This document shows positions 1-7,636 of a stretch of 64,000 nucleotides of DNA, piece after piece (the stretch's first letter is position 1; each line of letters starts with the position of its first letter). This DNA comes from a virus. Taxonomy: Duplodnaviria > Caudoviricetes. The translations under genes were made by a program, and so were the position numbers. Location: the IMG/VR virus record IMGVR_UViG_3300033121_002338, positions 1 to 64,000 of that record. One strand, written 5' to 3'. The notes beneath the pieces are model-generated. The model did not search any database and was not told where the DNA came from. It worked only from the letters and a program-made list of their open reading frames with translations.

Positions 1-141
1 GAGGTTGGCCTGGATCGCGGAGTCTAGCAACCACTTGGTGCGTCCCCAACTGGCGGCACTTGGGGCCTTTAGGAAAATTCCTAATGCTTTTTTCTCGCCG
101 TCGTTGCCGAATTGTTTGATGTGGCGGACTAGTGCCCCCAT
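1..141 (-). CDS. partial hypothetical protein running off the left edge
   Basis: Manual translation from ATG at 141: MGALVRHIKQFGNDGEKKALGIFLKAPSAASWGRTKWLLDSAIQANL, open to the window edge and directly downstream of the 155..661 ORF. Confidence 0.4.
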   Translation of the reverse strand, partial: MGALVRHIKQFGNDGEKKALGIFLKAPSAASWGRTKWLLDSAIQANL

Positions 142-154
142 GGCGCGGGCGGCG

Positions 155-661
155 TCACGGACTACTGGGTGGTTTTCGGCGATGATGCTGAGTTTCATTT
201 TTATGCTGGTGAGGACAGCTTCCGTAAGTAATTTTGGCATGACAGCAGTTCTGACATAATACCTCGTACCCCTTTGGGTAGCCGGCTTTTTTGACTTTGA
301 GATATAGCCGGTAGCTGTTGATCTGCTGGCGGTGTTCGCCGCTCAGGCATAAAAATTGGATGGATTTTTCACCGCAGCATTGGCAGGATGGGGGTTGGCC
401 GCCGTAGTGCCAGAGTGCGAGCAGTCTTAGGTCGCTGAGTTTGCTTTTCTTTTCCCGTTGGAGTCTGTTTTGATTTTTGGTTCTGTAGTTCTTTTGTTTG
501 ATGGCGTTGCCGGTTGGGCGGGGGTGTTTTTTGTCGTATTTGGTTTGTTTGCGTCTCTGGCATTGTTTGCAGGGGCTGGTGAGGTGGTTCTTTTTGCGGT
601 AGAAATATTCGTCGGTGGCTGGTTTTCCTTGTTTGCATTTTCGGCAGGTTTTGAGTTCCAT
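155..661 (-). CDS. HNH-like zinc-finger endonuclease, possibly degenerate
   Basis: N-terminal CRKC...CKQC, then CQCCGE and a C-terminal VLCQNCCHAK...GSCPH typical of phage HNH proteins; the expected DH motif reads FLCLSGEH. Confidence 0.6.
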   Translation of the reverse strand: MELKTCRKCKQGKPATDEYFYRKKNHLTSPCKQCQRRKQTKYDKKHPRPTGNAIKQKNYRTKNQNRLQREKKSKLSDLRLLALWHYGGQPPSCQCCGEKSIQFLCLSGEHRQQINSYRLYLKVKKAGYPKGYEVLCQNCCHAKITYGSCPHQHKNETQHHRRKPPSSP

Positions 662-693
662 GATGTGGTCTCTTGCTGTGCCGTCTATGTATT

Positions 694-1731
694 TTATGGA
701 TGTGATGGAGATGGTTGGTTCGCGAGAGGTTGGTGTTTGTGGACCTTCTTGATTTGGTGTTGCCTACTGGGTTCTCGCGGAGGTGTTGTTGGACCACGGC
801 GAGAACCGGCCAGAAGCCGAGTCCCTGTTGCAACGCCTCTTGGGGCGTTGCCCAAATTGAAAGCTGACCGGGTCGCCGCCGCTGATCTGTGTTGCAACGC
901 CTCTTGGGGCGTTGCCCAAATTGAAAGAAAGTATCTGTCAGAATGGTAGCGCTCCACGAAAGTTGCCTTGGCCTGGTCCCTGGCGCGCTGGTTCTCGAAC
1001 CTCGCCCCGTGCCAATATTCCCCGTGGACTTCCACAAGAATGCTACGTGGTTCACCCGGCACACAGAAGTCGAACGGCCAATGGCCAACCAGATGCTGCC
1101 GCTCGTAGCCCACCCCGAGGTTATCCAGGACAGCGGCCAGGCTATCTTCGAGCTTGCTCTTATTGTTTGATAAGACGGCCTTTGTATATTCTGGGCGACT
1201 CCAAGCGGCTTTGACTCCGGCGCTGATTTTGAGCTTGGTGCCCGGGGAGCGAAGCTTCTCGACCAGCTTGGCCCGATATTCTGGATTGTTCCAGTTCGTC
1301 CTGGCCGCGTTGGCTAATTTTGGCCTGTAACCCTCTCTGGCTACATTGAGATTGGATAGGCGTTTGGCCTCGTTCGAGCGGAGGGCGGTGACAGCCTGGG
1401 TGTGGTAGGTGCTGTTGTTGGCGTGGGCGGCGGCAATTCCGGAGGAGACCTTGGCGCGGTACTCGTCCGACTGCCATCGTTCGCTTGTGAGGCGCTGTTG
1501 TGCCTCACTCTGCTTCTGGGCGTAGTCTTGATTTTTCCAGACCGATCGTTGTTTGCAGCTACGGCAGGTGGGGTGGAAGGGTTTGCCGTGGTTGGGTCGG
1601 ATGGAGCTGAGTTTGAAGGTGAGTTCGTTTTTGCATTCGGTACAGAGCACGATGACTGGCATTTTGCCGGTGATTGTACTCTGGTCGTGTCCGAATTTGG
1701 CTTTGGTTTTTGGCCAATCTATGAAGCACAC
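694..1731 (-). pseudogene. broken Vsr/DUF559-like endonuclease gene (nuclease A): lacks its first 5 codons and the Mom domain
   Basis: Close paralogue of 7637..9097 (WPFDF...ILVEVHGEYWHG.RFENQR.RDQAKATF.ERYHSD). Homology stops at about 928, where the CRISPR-like repeat begins. The missing MNNAQ start lies at 7066..7052. Confidence 0.8.
827..927 (+). CRISPR. CRISPR-like mini-array: two identical 37-bp repeats and one 27-bp spacer
   Basis: GTTGCAACGCCTCTTGGGGCGTTGCCCAAATTGAAAG at 827-863 and 891-927, with an internal 8-bp stem (GCAACGCC/GGCGTTGC) and an ATTGAAAG 3' end. Spacer ctgaccgggtcgccgccgctgatctgt. No cas genes in the window. Confidence 0.75.
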
Positions 1732-1838
1732 TGGAATTCGTGGTCCTGAACCTCGCGGTGCTCCGGACCGGGGCGAGCTTCTCGGCCGAAGAGGTCCTGG
1801 CCGCGGGCGGCGTGGTTGCTGCTGCCACGGCGGTCTAA
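1732..1838 (+). pseudogene. orphan copy of the last 35 codons of the tail sheath gene
   Basis: (V)EFVVLNLAVLRTGASFSAEEVLAAGGVVAAATAV* versus the sheath end VEFVVLNLAVLRTGASFSAEEVLAAAGIVSASTSV*: same length, many synonymous changes. Confidence 0.9.
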
Positions 1839-1857
1839 CAGTAACTAGTCACATCGG

Positions 1858-1890
1858 GCGAGGGCCGGACATCCGGCCCTCGCTCTGTTT
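1858..1890 (+). terminator. probable intrinsic terminator
   Basis: 12-bp stem gcgagggccgga-ca-tccggccctcgc followed by tctgtttt, just after the orphan sheath stop. Confidence 0.6.
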
Positions 1891-1916
1891 TCAGAGGTGC
1901 TGGCCATAAATATAAT

Positions 1917-2327
1917 ATGAGGAGGCCAGCCGTGAATCCAAGCCTGCCATTAGTCGTCAGTAAGCTCCAAAGCTGCCCGAATTTTCGGACCCTCTACGCT
2001 TTGGAGAAGACTTTCAATCAAGTCGGCCTGACTATCCAACACACACCTCAGAACTGGATGGTCCTATGCCGGATCGAAGAGGGTCATGCTGTGGCGACCG
2101 AGGTCCTTGAGGATTTCGTGTTCGTTGGCAAACTGGAGGATCAGTCTAAGCCACTCCCCGCTGATCTGCGAGAAAGCATCATCAATTTCGTAGAGAACGC
2201 TGCCGGGGACGCTGCTGTTGTTGGGCACAACGGCCGCATCTGGAAAGATGGTGTACAAATCTACGATAAAGCTTTGTTTGTGGTCAACGAGGATGTGAAG
2301 AAGATCACTCAAACCCTCATGGACTAA
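1917..2327 (+). CDS. hypothetical protein
   Basis: 136-aa ORF that begins a tightly packed plus-strand cassette, preceded by AT-rich ataaatataat. Confidence 0.7.
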   Translation: MRRPAVNPSLPLVVSKLQSCPNFRTLYALEKTFNQVGLTIQHTPQNWMVLCRIEEGHAVATEVLEDFVFVGKLEDQSKPLPADLRESIINFVENAAGDAAVVGHNGRIWKDGVQIYDKALFVVNEDVKKITQTLMD

Positions 2328-3104
2328 ATGGCAATCCGTGCACCACGAGTGAGTTACCGGGTCGGCAAACACGCTCTGACCCAGCAATCTGCGGTCCTGC
2401 GGAAGCAGTCCGCCAGCAGCGGTGCCGTAGCCAATGACGCCTTTTTCCATTCTTTCTTCGGCCGCATTGCTCTTCAAGATGGCTCCACTGTCGAACTGAC
2501 AAGCCGATTCAACAAACAGACCGGGGAAATAGAACTAGACATCCCGGAAAAGGCCATTGACGCTCTTAACGGCATCAGTAAAGGCGACCGTCTCAAAGAG
2601 TATCTGGCATGGCTAACAGATGGTGCTGCTGGGAACCCAGGTAGTGGTGCCGGGCACATGCAGACGGTCACTGCAATTGGGCCATTCGCGACTACTGATG
2701 GTGGTGGGAACCCGCAGCTTTTGGCATCTCTCGAATTCCCAACCGACACCCTTGATGAGAACACTGCGGTGCTCTTTAGGGTATGGGGGAGGTTCGCAGC
2801 TAACGATAAAGCCAAGAGTGCTCACTTGTACCTGAATGGAGCACAGTTTGGTGAAAACGATTTGACTATCTACCCTAACGGGTTGGACTGGAGTTTTTCT
2901 GGCACCATCGCGATCGACCCAAATGGGACCAGTCACCCAATTATCACCGATGGTCTGGTAGGCAACAGCCCGCAGAACACCAGGGCGACATTCGTCCCTG
3001 GAGTTCTTGGTAATGACTGGTTGTTTACGGTCTTTGGCCATAGTGACGAAAGTCCGTTGGCGGCCGACGACGTAATCTGCGATGCCATTATGGTGAGGTA
3101 CTAA
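2328..3104 (+). CDS. hypothetical protein, probably virion-associated
   Basis: 258-aa ORF abutting its neighbours, with a beta-rich Gly/Thr/Asn C-terminal half. Confidence 0.65.
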   Translation: MAIRAPRVSYRVGKHALTQQSAVLRKQSASSGAVANDAFFHSFFGRIALQDGSTVELTSRFNKQTGEIELDIPEKAIDALNGISKGDRLKEYLAWLTDGAAGNPGSGAGHMQTVTAIGPFATTDGGGNPQLLASLEFPTDTLDENTAVLFRVWGRFAANDKAKSAHLYLNGAQFGENDLTIYPNGLDWSFSGTIAIDPNGTSHPIITDGLVGNSPQNTRATFVPGVLGNDWLFTVFGHSDESPLAADDVICDAIMVRY

Positions 3105-3919
3105 TGGCACGTACCACTTGCATTTTGCCAACAAACCGAGCCGGTCGGACTGCTCGATATTATATCTGCGATTTCATTAGCGATCTGCCTACTGCTATCC
3201 GCCAAGGTGACATGGCGGTTGTTGGTAGTGACTGGTACGTGTCCACCGCCACACAGTGGGTCTTAGTTGGTAGTGGAACACCAGCCGACACCACGGCGGC
3301 TACCGGTATCATCAGTCAGGTGAATGTCAGTGCTAGCCAGATTCGGCGTGGTCAACCAGTGGCCAGCGTGGTTGGCGGTGTCGTTCTCGCCTCCAACGTT
3401 GACTTGAGCTTTCCGGCTGTTGGGGTGGCGGCTGAGGGTATCGGCGTCGGTACTATGGGGCGGATTGTCACTGCTGGGATCGTTGATCTTAACGACTGGA
3501 CATATCCAGCAGGAACTGCGAATCTCGTACAAGGTGCCGCATACTACCTTGGTCCAGATGGTTCGATTGTTGTTGGTCGCCCGGCTACAGTCGTTCAGCC
3601 AATCGGACAAGCCGTGACAGCTACGGCCCTTTCATTGGGTCTGGCACCGATCCGTCCGGCCGCATTGGACCATATCCACGTTACGGAGAACATGACACTG
3701 ACGGTGACTGACATCGCCAATAAGTTTGTGCTTCTTGCACAGACGCCCCTCACCGGCAGCGTCATTATGGCGATTCAAGGGGCAGCTTTCCAAAGGCAAG
3801 GCTATGCCTGGGCTGCTGATGGGACCAATCCGAAGAAAATTACGTGGTCCGGCTTCACACTGGATGGACTTCTAGAGGCTGGTGACAACATAACTTTCAT
3901 GTACCAGAAGCTCCCATGA
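3104..3919 (+). CDS. putative virion decoration or fibre-associated protein
   Basis: 271 aa. The middle resembles capsid-cementing domains (AVGVAA...GRIVTAG...LVQGAAYYLG); the C-terminal ~80 aa resemble the C-terminus of 3916..5202. Confidence 0.55.
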   Translation: MARTTCILPTNRAGRTARYYICDFISDLPTAIRQGDMAVVGSDWYVSTATQWVLVGSGTPADTTAATGIISQVNVSASQIRRGQPVASVVGGVVLASNVDLSFPAVGVAAEGIGVGTMGRIVTAGIVDLNDWTYPAGTANLVQGAAYYLGPDGSIVVGRPATVVQPIGQAVTATALSLGLAPIRPAALDHIHVTENMTLTVTDIANKFVLLAQTPLTGSVIMAIQGAAFQRQGYAWAADGTNPKKITWSGFTLDGLLEAGDNITFMYQKLP

Positions 3920-5202
3920 GCAAGACCCTTGCGAAGTTCATCAACTACGACCCGCAGTCGCTGACGTCTATCTCCAACGCTCTGACAGTGCTGCTGGATG
4001 CGGCTGGGGCTCTGGAGAAGACCAACAACGGCGTCAACGTCAAGACTGCTGGTATCACCTATGCAATGTTGGCTGACGGCAGCGTCATTGCCCGCACTGA
4101 CCTGACTCGCACCATCACCGCGGTGTGGGATTTCGGTACCGCTCTACCGACTGCTTCGGTAGACCCGACCAGTGCCAACCAGTTGGTCCGTAAGGCGTAC
4201 GTCGATGCCGCGATCCAGGGCTTGGATGTCAAGCCTAGCGTGCGGGCCGCATCTACCGGGAACCTGACCCTCAGCGGCCCGCAGACCGTCGATAGTGTGG
4301 TGTTGATCGCTGGTGACCGCATCCTGGTGAAGGATCAGAGCACCGCCAGTCAGAATGGCATCTACTTCGTGGCAGCCGGTGCCTGGAGCCGGGCCGTTGA
4401 CGCCGATGCCGCTGCTGAACTCTCGGCCGGAACTTTCGTCTTCGTCGAAGAAGGTACTGTCAATGCCGACACCGGCTGGGTGATGACCACCGATGGGGCT
4501 GTCACTCTCGGTACCACCGCCATCAACTGGACTCAGTTCAGCGGAGCCGGTCAGGTGATTGCCGGGGCAGGTCTGACCAAGACCGGCAACACCATTGATC
4601 TTGTGGCTGGTGACAACTCGCTGACGGTTGGGGCTAACAGCGTCTCGGTCAATTTGGACTCGGCATTCTTCAGTGTTGGCGGCAGCGGGATCACCCTGGT
4701 CAACGGTGCGATCACCGCCACCCAGATTAACTCATCCGCTCTGGGGAACGGTCTGACCGGCGGTAGTGGCACTGCGATTAGCGTGGTGGCTGCTGCTTTC
4801 ATCACCGGCGGAGCGGTCGAGATTGATGGCGACAAGCTCAACATCACCTGGGACCCGACCAACTATACGCCGGCTACGGTCCCAACCTTCAGCACCAGCG
4901 TCGATGACCTGACCTCCCACCTGAAGGGCATCGACACCAAGTTGGGTCAGTTGAGCGTGACACGACGGGTGGAGACATTCACCCTGGCTGGTGGGGACAT
5001 CACGAACAAGTATGTAACGCTGGCAAATACGCCGGCTGCGGCTGGTCGCGTCATTCTGCTGGTGAAGGGTGCTCCTGCTCAGTTCTATGGCGACGACTAC
5101 GCCATGGACGGGACGGTGACGACCAGACTGACGTGGGATAGTCTGGCCTTAGATGGCATCCTTGCCAGTGGTGACAAACTGACTGTTGAGTATGATGCGT
5201 AA
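3916..5202 (+). CDS. phage fibre or head-decoration protein
   Basis: Contains GLDVKPSVRAASTGNLTLSGPQTVD...GDRILVKDQ...QNGIY...WSRA.D...GTFVFVEEG, a module common in phage fibre proteins, and AGAGLTKTGN linkers. Confidence 0.7.
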   Translation: MSKTLAKFINYDPQSLTSISNALTVLLDAAGALEKTNNGVNVKTAGITYAMLADGSVIARTDLTRTITAVWDFGTALPTASVDPTSANQLVRKAYVDAAIQGLDVKPSVRAASTGNLTLSGPQTVDSVVLIAGDRILVKDQSTASQNGIYFVAAGAWSRAVDADAAAELSAGTFVFVEEGTVNADTGWVMTTDGAVTLGTTAINWTQFSGAGQVIAGAGLTKTGNTIDLVAGDNSLTVGANSVSVNLDSAFFSVGGSGITLVNGAITATQINSSALGNGLTGGSGTAISVVAAAFITGGAVEIDGDKLNITWDPTNYTPATVPTFSTSVDDLTSHLKGIDTKLGQLSVTRRVETFTLAGGDITNKYVTLANTPAAAGRVILLVKGAPAQFYGDDYAMDGTVTTRLTWDSLALDGILASGDKLTVEYDA

Positions 5203-5516
5203 TGGCTAAGCTCGACCCGCGATTTCTGCCGCCAGGAGTAACCGGCACCACCTTCTACACGACGGAGGTGGACTTCGGTGCTACTCCGGTGTATAGTAAG
5301 AAATTCGAAATAGCCCATGCCGGGGCGTTGGTGACGAACAAGGTGATGATTGTTCAGTCGGCGGCGGCTGCGACTGGTCGGGCGGCTGATGAGAACGAAA
5401 TGGACGCCATTGTCGGGTCTGGGTACGTCTCAGGAGCAGGTATCATTACTCTGTTCTTGCATGGACTCCCAGGGCCGGTTACTGGCAAGTACAACGTCAA
5501 CTACCTGATCGGGTGA
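5202..5516 (+). CDS. small virion structural protein (hypothetical)
   Basis: 104 aa, translationally coupled to the upstream fibre gene. Confidence 0.6.
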   Translation: MAKLDPRFLPPGVTGTTFYTTEVDFGATPVYSKKFEIAHAGALVTNKVMIVQSAAAATGRAADENEMDAIVGSGYVSGAGIITLFLHGLPGPVTGKYNVNYLIG

Positions 5517-5520
5517 TACC

Positions 5521-6939
5521 ATGGCACAGATCCAGAGCGGGGCAAGTTCCGATCTCCTCACCATCGATCCTGGTGCGAAGGGGGCTCGTGCTGTTCTGTA
5601 TGATGCCGATGGTAACCCCGTCTGCCTGCTGAACAAGCTCAGTGAATCGGGAATCTCGAAGGCTGGCCTACCTATCGGCGGGTGGAATGATGGTAACTTC
5701 CGCATCGCCAGGACTGACCGCATCGGCTCGCTCGGCACAACGTGGCACAATACCATGTTCCATGAGCCGGTCGAGGGTGCAACGCTCAATAGCTCGGCGT
5801 GGGTCAATACCAACACCACGTTCGTCACTGCTCAGACCGCGACTGGTATCAACCTCAACAACACCGCTCTGACTACGGCCAACGCCGTAACGACGTTCAT
5901 CTCTCTGAAACAGTTCTTGAAGACCCAGAGGACGCCTCTGGCAGTTCGTTTCCGTGCCCGTATCTCGACGGTGGCAAACTCGGTTGCCGAACTCGGCTTC
6001 GGTTTACCCTCTGGCACCACCGCGATCGCCAACGGAGCCTACTGGCAATTCACGACTGGTGGGGCTGTACAGCCCGTGCTGACCATCAACGGCACAGATA
6101 TCACTGGTACGAACGTGGCCGGATCTTTAACCGGAACCAACTACTATACATTCGATATTATCGCAGACGACGATTCGGTGAAATTCACCATCCAGGACAG
6201 CAACACCGGCATCGTCCTCAGTGAACAAGAACTAACGGTCCCGTTGGGCCAGTCGCGGCTGTGGGCGGTGACTCACCTCCCAATCTTCTGCCGTGTCTAC
6301 AACGGAGCGATCGCCCCGGCCTCTGCTCCGGTCTTCCTTCTGACCGATGCTTACGTGTCCGCCCTCGATGCGAACAGGAACAAACCTTGGGCTCACGCTC
6401 TTGCCTCGATGGGTAAGACTGCCCTTTACTCTCCGACTGCTTTTACGCAGACTCAACAGTTCGCCAACAGTGCGGCCCCTGCGTCGGCCACATTGTCCAA
6501 CACCGCGGCCGGCTACACCACTCTTGGTGGTCTATTCCAGTTTGCGGCTATTGCCGGTGCCGCCACTGACTACCTGTTGTTCAGTTTCACGGTGCCATCT
6601 CCATATCAGTTGGTGGTGACTGGTCTGTCGATCGATGCTTGGAACACGGGGGCTGCCGTGGCGACAACCCCGACCCTGATGGTCTGGGGGTTGGGTACGA
6701 ACGGCACCGCAGCGAACCTGAACACGGGTAACTTCATCAGGACTCCGATCGGGTCTCAGTCGCTCCCGATCGGAGCGGTGGTGGGTGCCAACGTTCAGCA
6801 GATCGTGCGACAGTTCCAGACCCCGGTGGTATGTGAGGCTGGACGCCAGTTCGCGGTGATCCTCCGGATGCCCATAGGAACCGCAACGGCCTCTCAGATC
6901 GTACAAGGCTCTGTTAGCATCGACGGGTACTTCGAGTAA
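5521..6939 (+). CDS. putative virion structural protein with a lectin-like beta fold
   Basis: 472-aa Thr/Gly/Ala-rich, beta-strand-rich ORF that ends the cassette. Confidence 0.6.
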   Translation: MAQIQSGASSDLLTIDPGAKGARAVLYDADGNPVCLLNKLSESGISKAGLPIGGWNDGNFRIARTDRIGSLGTTWHNTMFHEPVEGATLNSSAWVNTNTTFVTAQTATGINLNNTALTTANAVTTFISLKQFLKTQRTPLAVRFRARISTVANSVAELGFGLPSGTTAIANGAYWQFTTGGAVQPVLTINGTDITGTNVAGSLTGTNYYTFDIIADDDSVKFTIQDSNTGIVLSEQELTVPLGQSRLWAVTHLPIFCRVYNGAIAPASAPVFLLTDAYVSALDANRNKPWAHALASMGKTALYSPTAFTQTQQFANSAAPASATLSNTAAGYTTLGGLFQFAAIAGAATDYLLFSFTVPSPYQLVVTGLSIDAWNTGAAVATTPTLMVWGLGTNGTAANLNTGNFIRTPIGSQSLPIGAVVGANVQQIVRQFQTPVVCEAGRQFAVILRMPIGTATASQIVQGSVSIDGYFE

Positions 6940-6959
6940 GCGGGCAGCGGTCTGGGAAA

Positions 6960-7051
6960 AGACGGAAGCACCGGTGGTGTTCGAGAGCATCGGGCGGGGA
7001 ACAGGTGCGTTCTCCCAGGCTGAGCTTCTGGTCCTCCAGAGTGCCAGCCGG
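6960..7051 (+). pseudogene. orphan fragment of the tail tube gene (codons ~25-55) with a 1-nt deletion
   Basis: RRKHRW/VFESIGRGTGAFSQAELLVLQSASR versus tube RRKHRWVFESIGRGTGAFSQSELLFLQSASR, with synonymous divergence. Confidence 0.85.
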
Positions 7052-7174
7052 CTGTGCGTTATTCATGGAAACCCAATACTACAATTATGGTTGCTCGGTT
7101 CAATATATTTTGTCCCATTCCTCAAGGAGAAGGAAATGTCCGCTCAACCAGCGAACACCGACATCAAGGTCTAG
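7052..7174. repeat. duplicate of the divergent-start region 9083-9206 (nuclease start MNNAQ on minus, target gene start MSAQPANTDIK on plus)
   Basis: 7122-7168 is identical to 9154-9200 over 47 bp, and the upstream parts are similar. This copy ends in a stop codon at 7172-7174. Confidence 0.9.
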
Positions 7175-7203
7175 CAGAATAGCGCGGGACGAAGTTGCCG
7201 GCA

Positions 7204-7620
7204 AAGCCTGCTGGAGACAGCTAAGGTGAGCACGACTATGGTAGCGACCATTTCGACTGTACCAAGCCTGCCGGGAACAGCTAAGGACGAGCACGAACTG
7301 GCCGTGATGAAGAAGCGGCAGGCGCGCTGACCGACAAAGTCTGCTGGGAATAGCTAAGGATGAGCACGCTACCCGGATGCTGTATGGCCACCTGTTCCGG
7401 CGGACCGATAACGCCTGCCGGGAGCAGCTAAGGATTAGCACTGAGATACCGCTCCTGTTTGACCAGCTGACAGAGCCTGCTGGCGGCGACTAAGGATGGC
7501 ACGGTAAGCTCAGGATAGGCATGCGTCGTCCGGGTGATAATCCTCACTCTGGAATGCACAATAATAGGCAAGCCGCTAAGGGAGCACGAACCCGCGAGCC
7601 AGTAAACTAAGGATCGCACA
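7204..7620. repeat. degenerate repeat-spacer array: five ~33-bp repeats and two partial ones, with unique 28-40-bp spacers between the full repeats
   Basis: Consensus AAGCCTGCYGGGAACAGCTAAGGATGAGCACGA at about 7204, 7264, 7337, 7411 and 7472; CTAAGG..GCAC cores again at about 7575 and 7606. Confidence 0.8.
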
Positions 7621-7636
7621 AATCCCTCCCGCCCTG

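Noticed and set aside
369-1088. Alternative long ORFs (369..1088 minus, 458..949 plus) spanning the mini-array
   Set aside because: They overlap better-supported genes, cross the repeat junctions and have skewed shadow-frame composition.
7236-7245. 10-nt match of array spacer 1 (ctatggtagc) to about 18396
   Set aside because: Too short to exceed chance in 64 kb.
7100-7441. 113-aa ORF with LSCSRQA repeats
   Set aside because: The peptide repeats simply reflect the DNA repeat array, and the ORF crosses a duplication junction.
7204-7620. TIGR-Tas or a complete CRISPR-Cas system
   Set aside because: No Nop-domain or cas gene is recognisable in the window, and the 60-74-bp period is too long and irregular for TIGR units.
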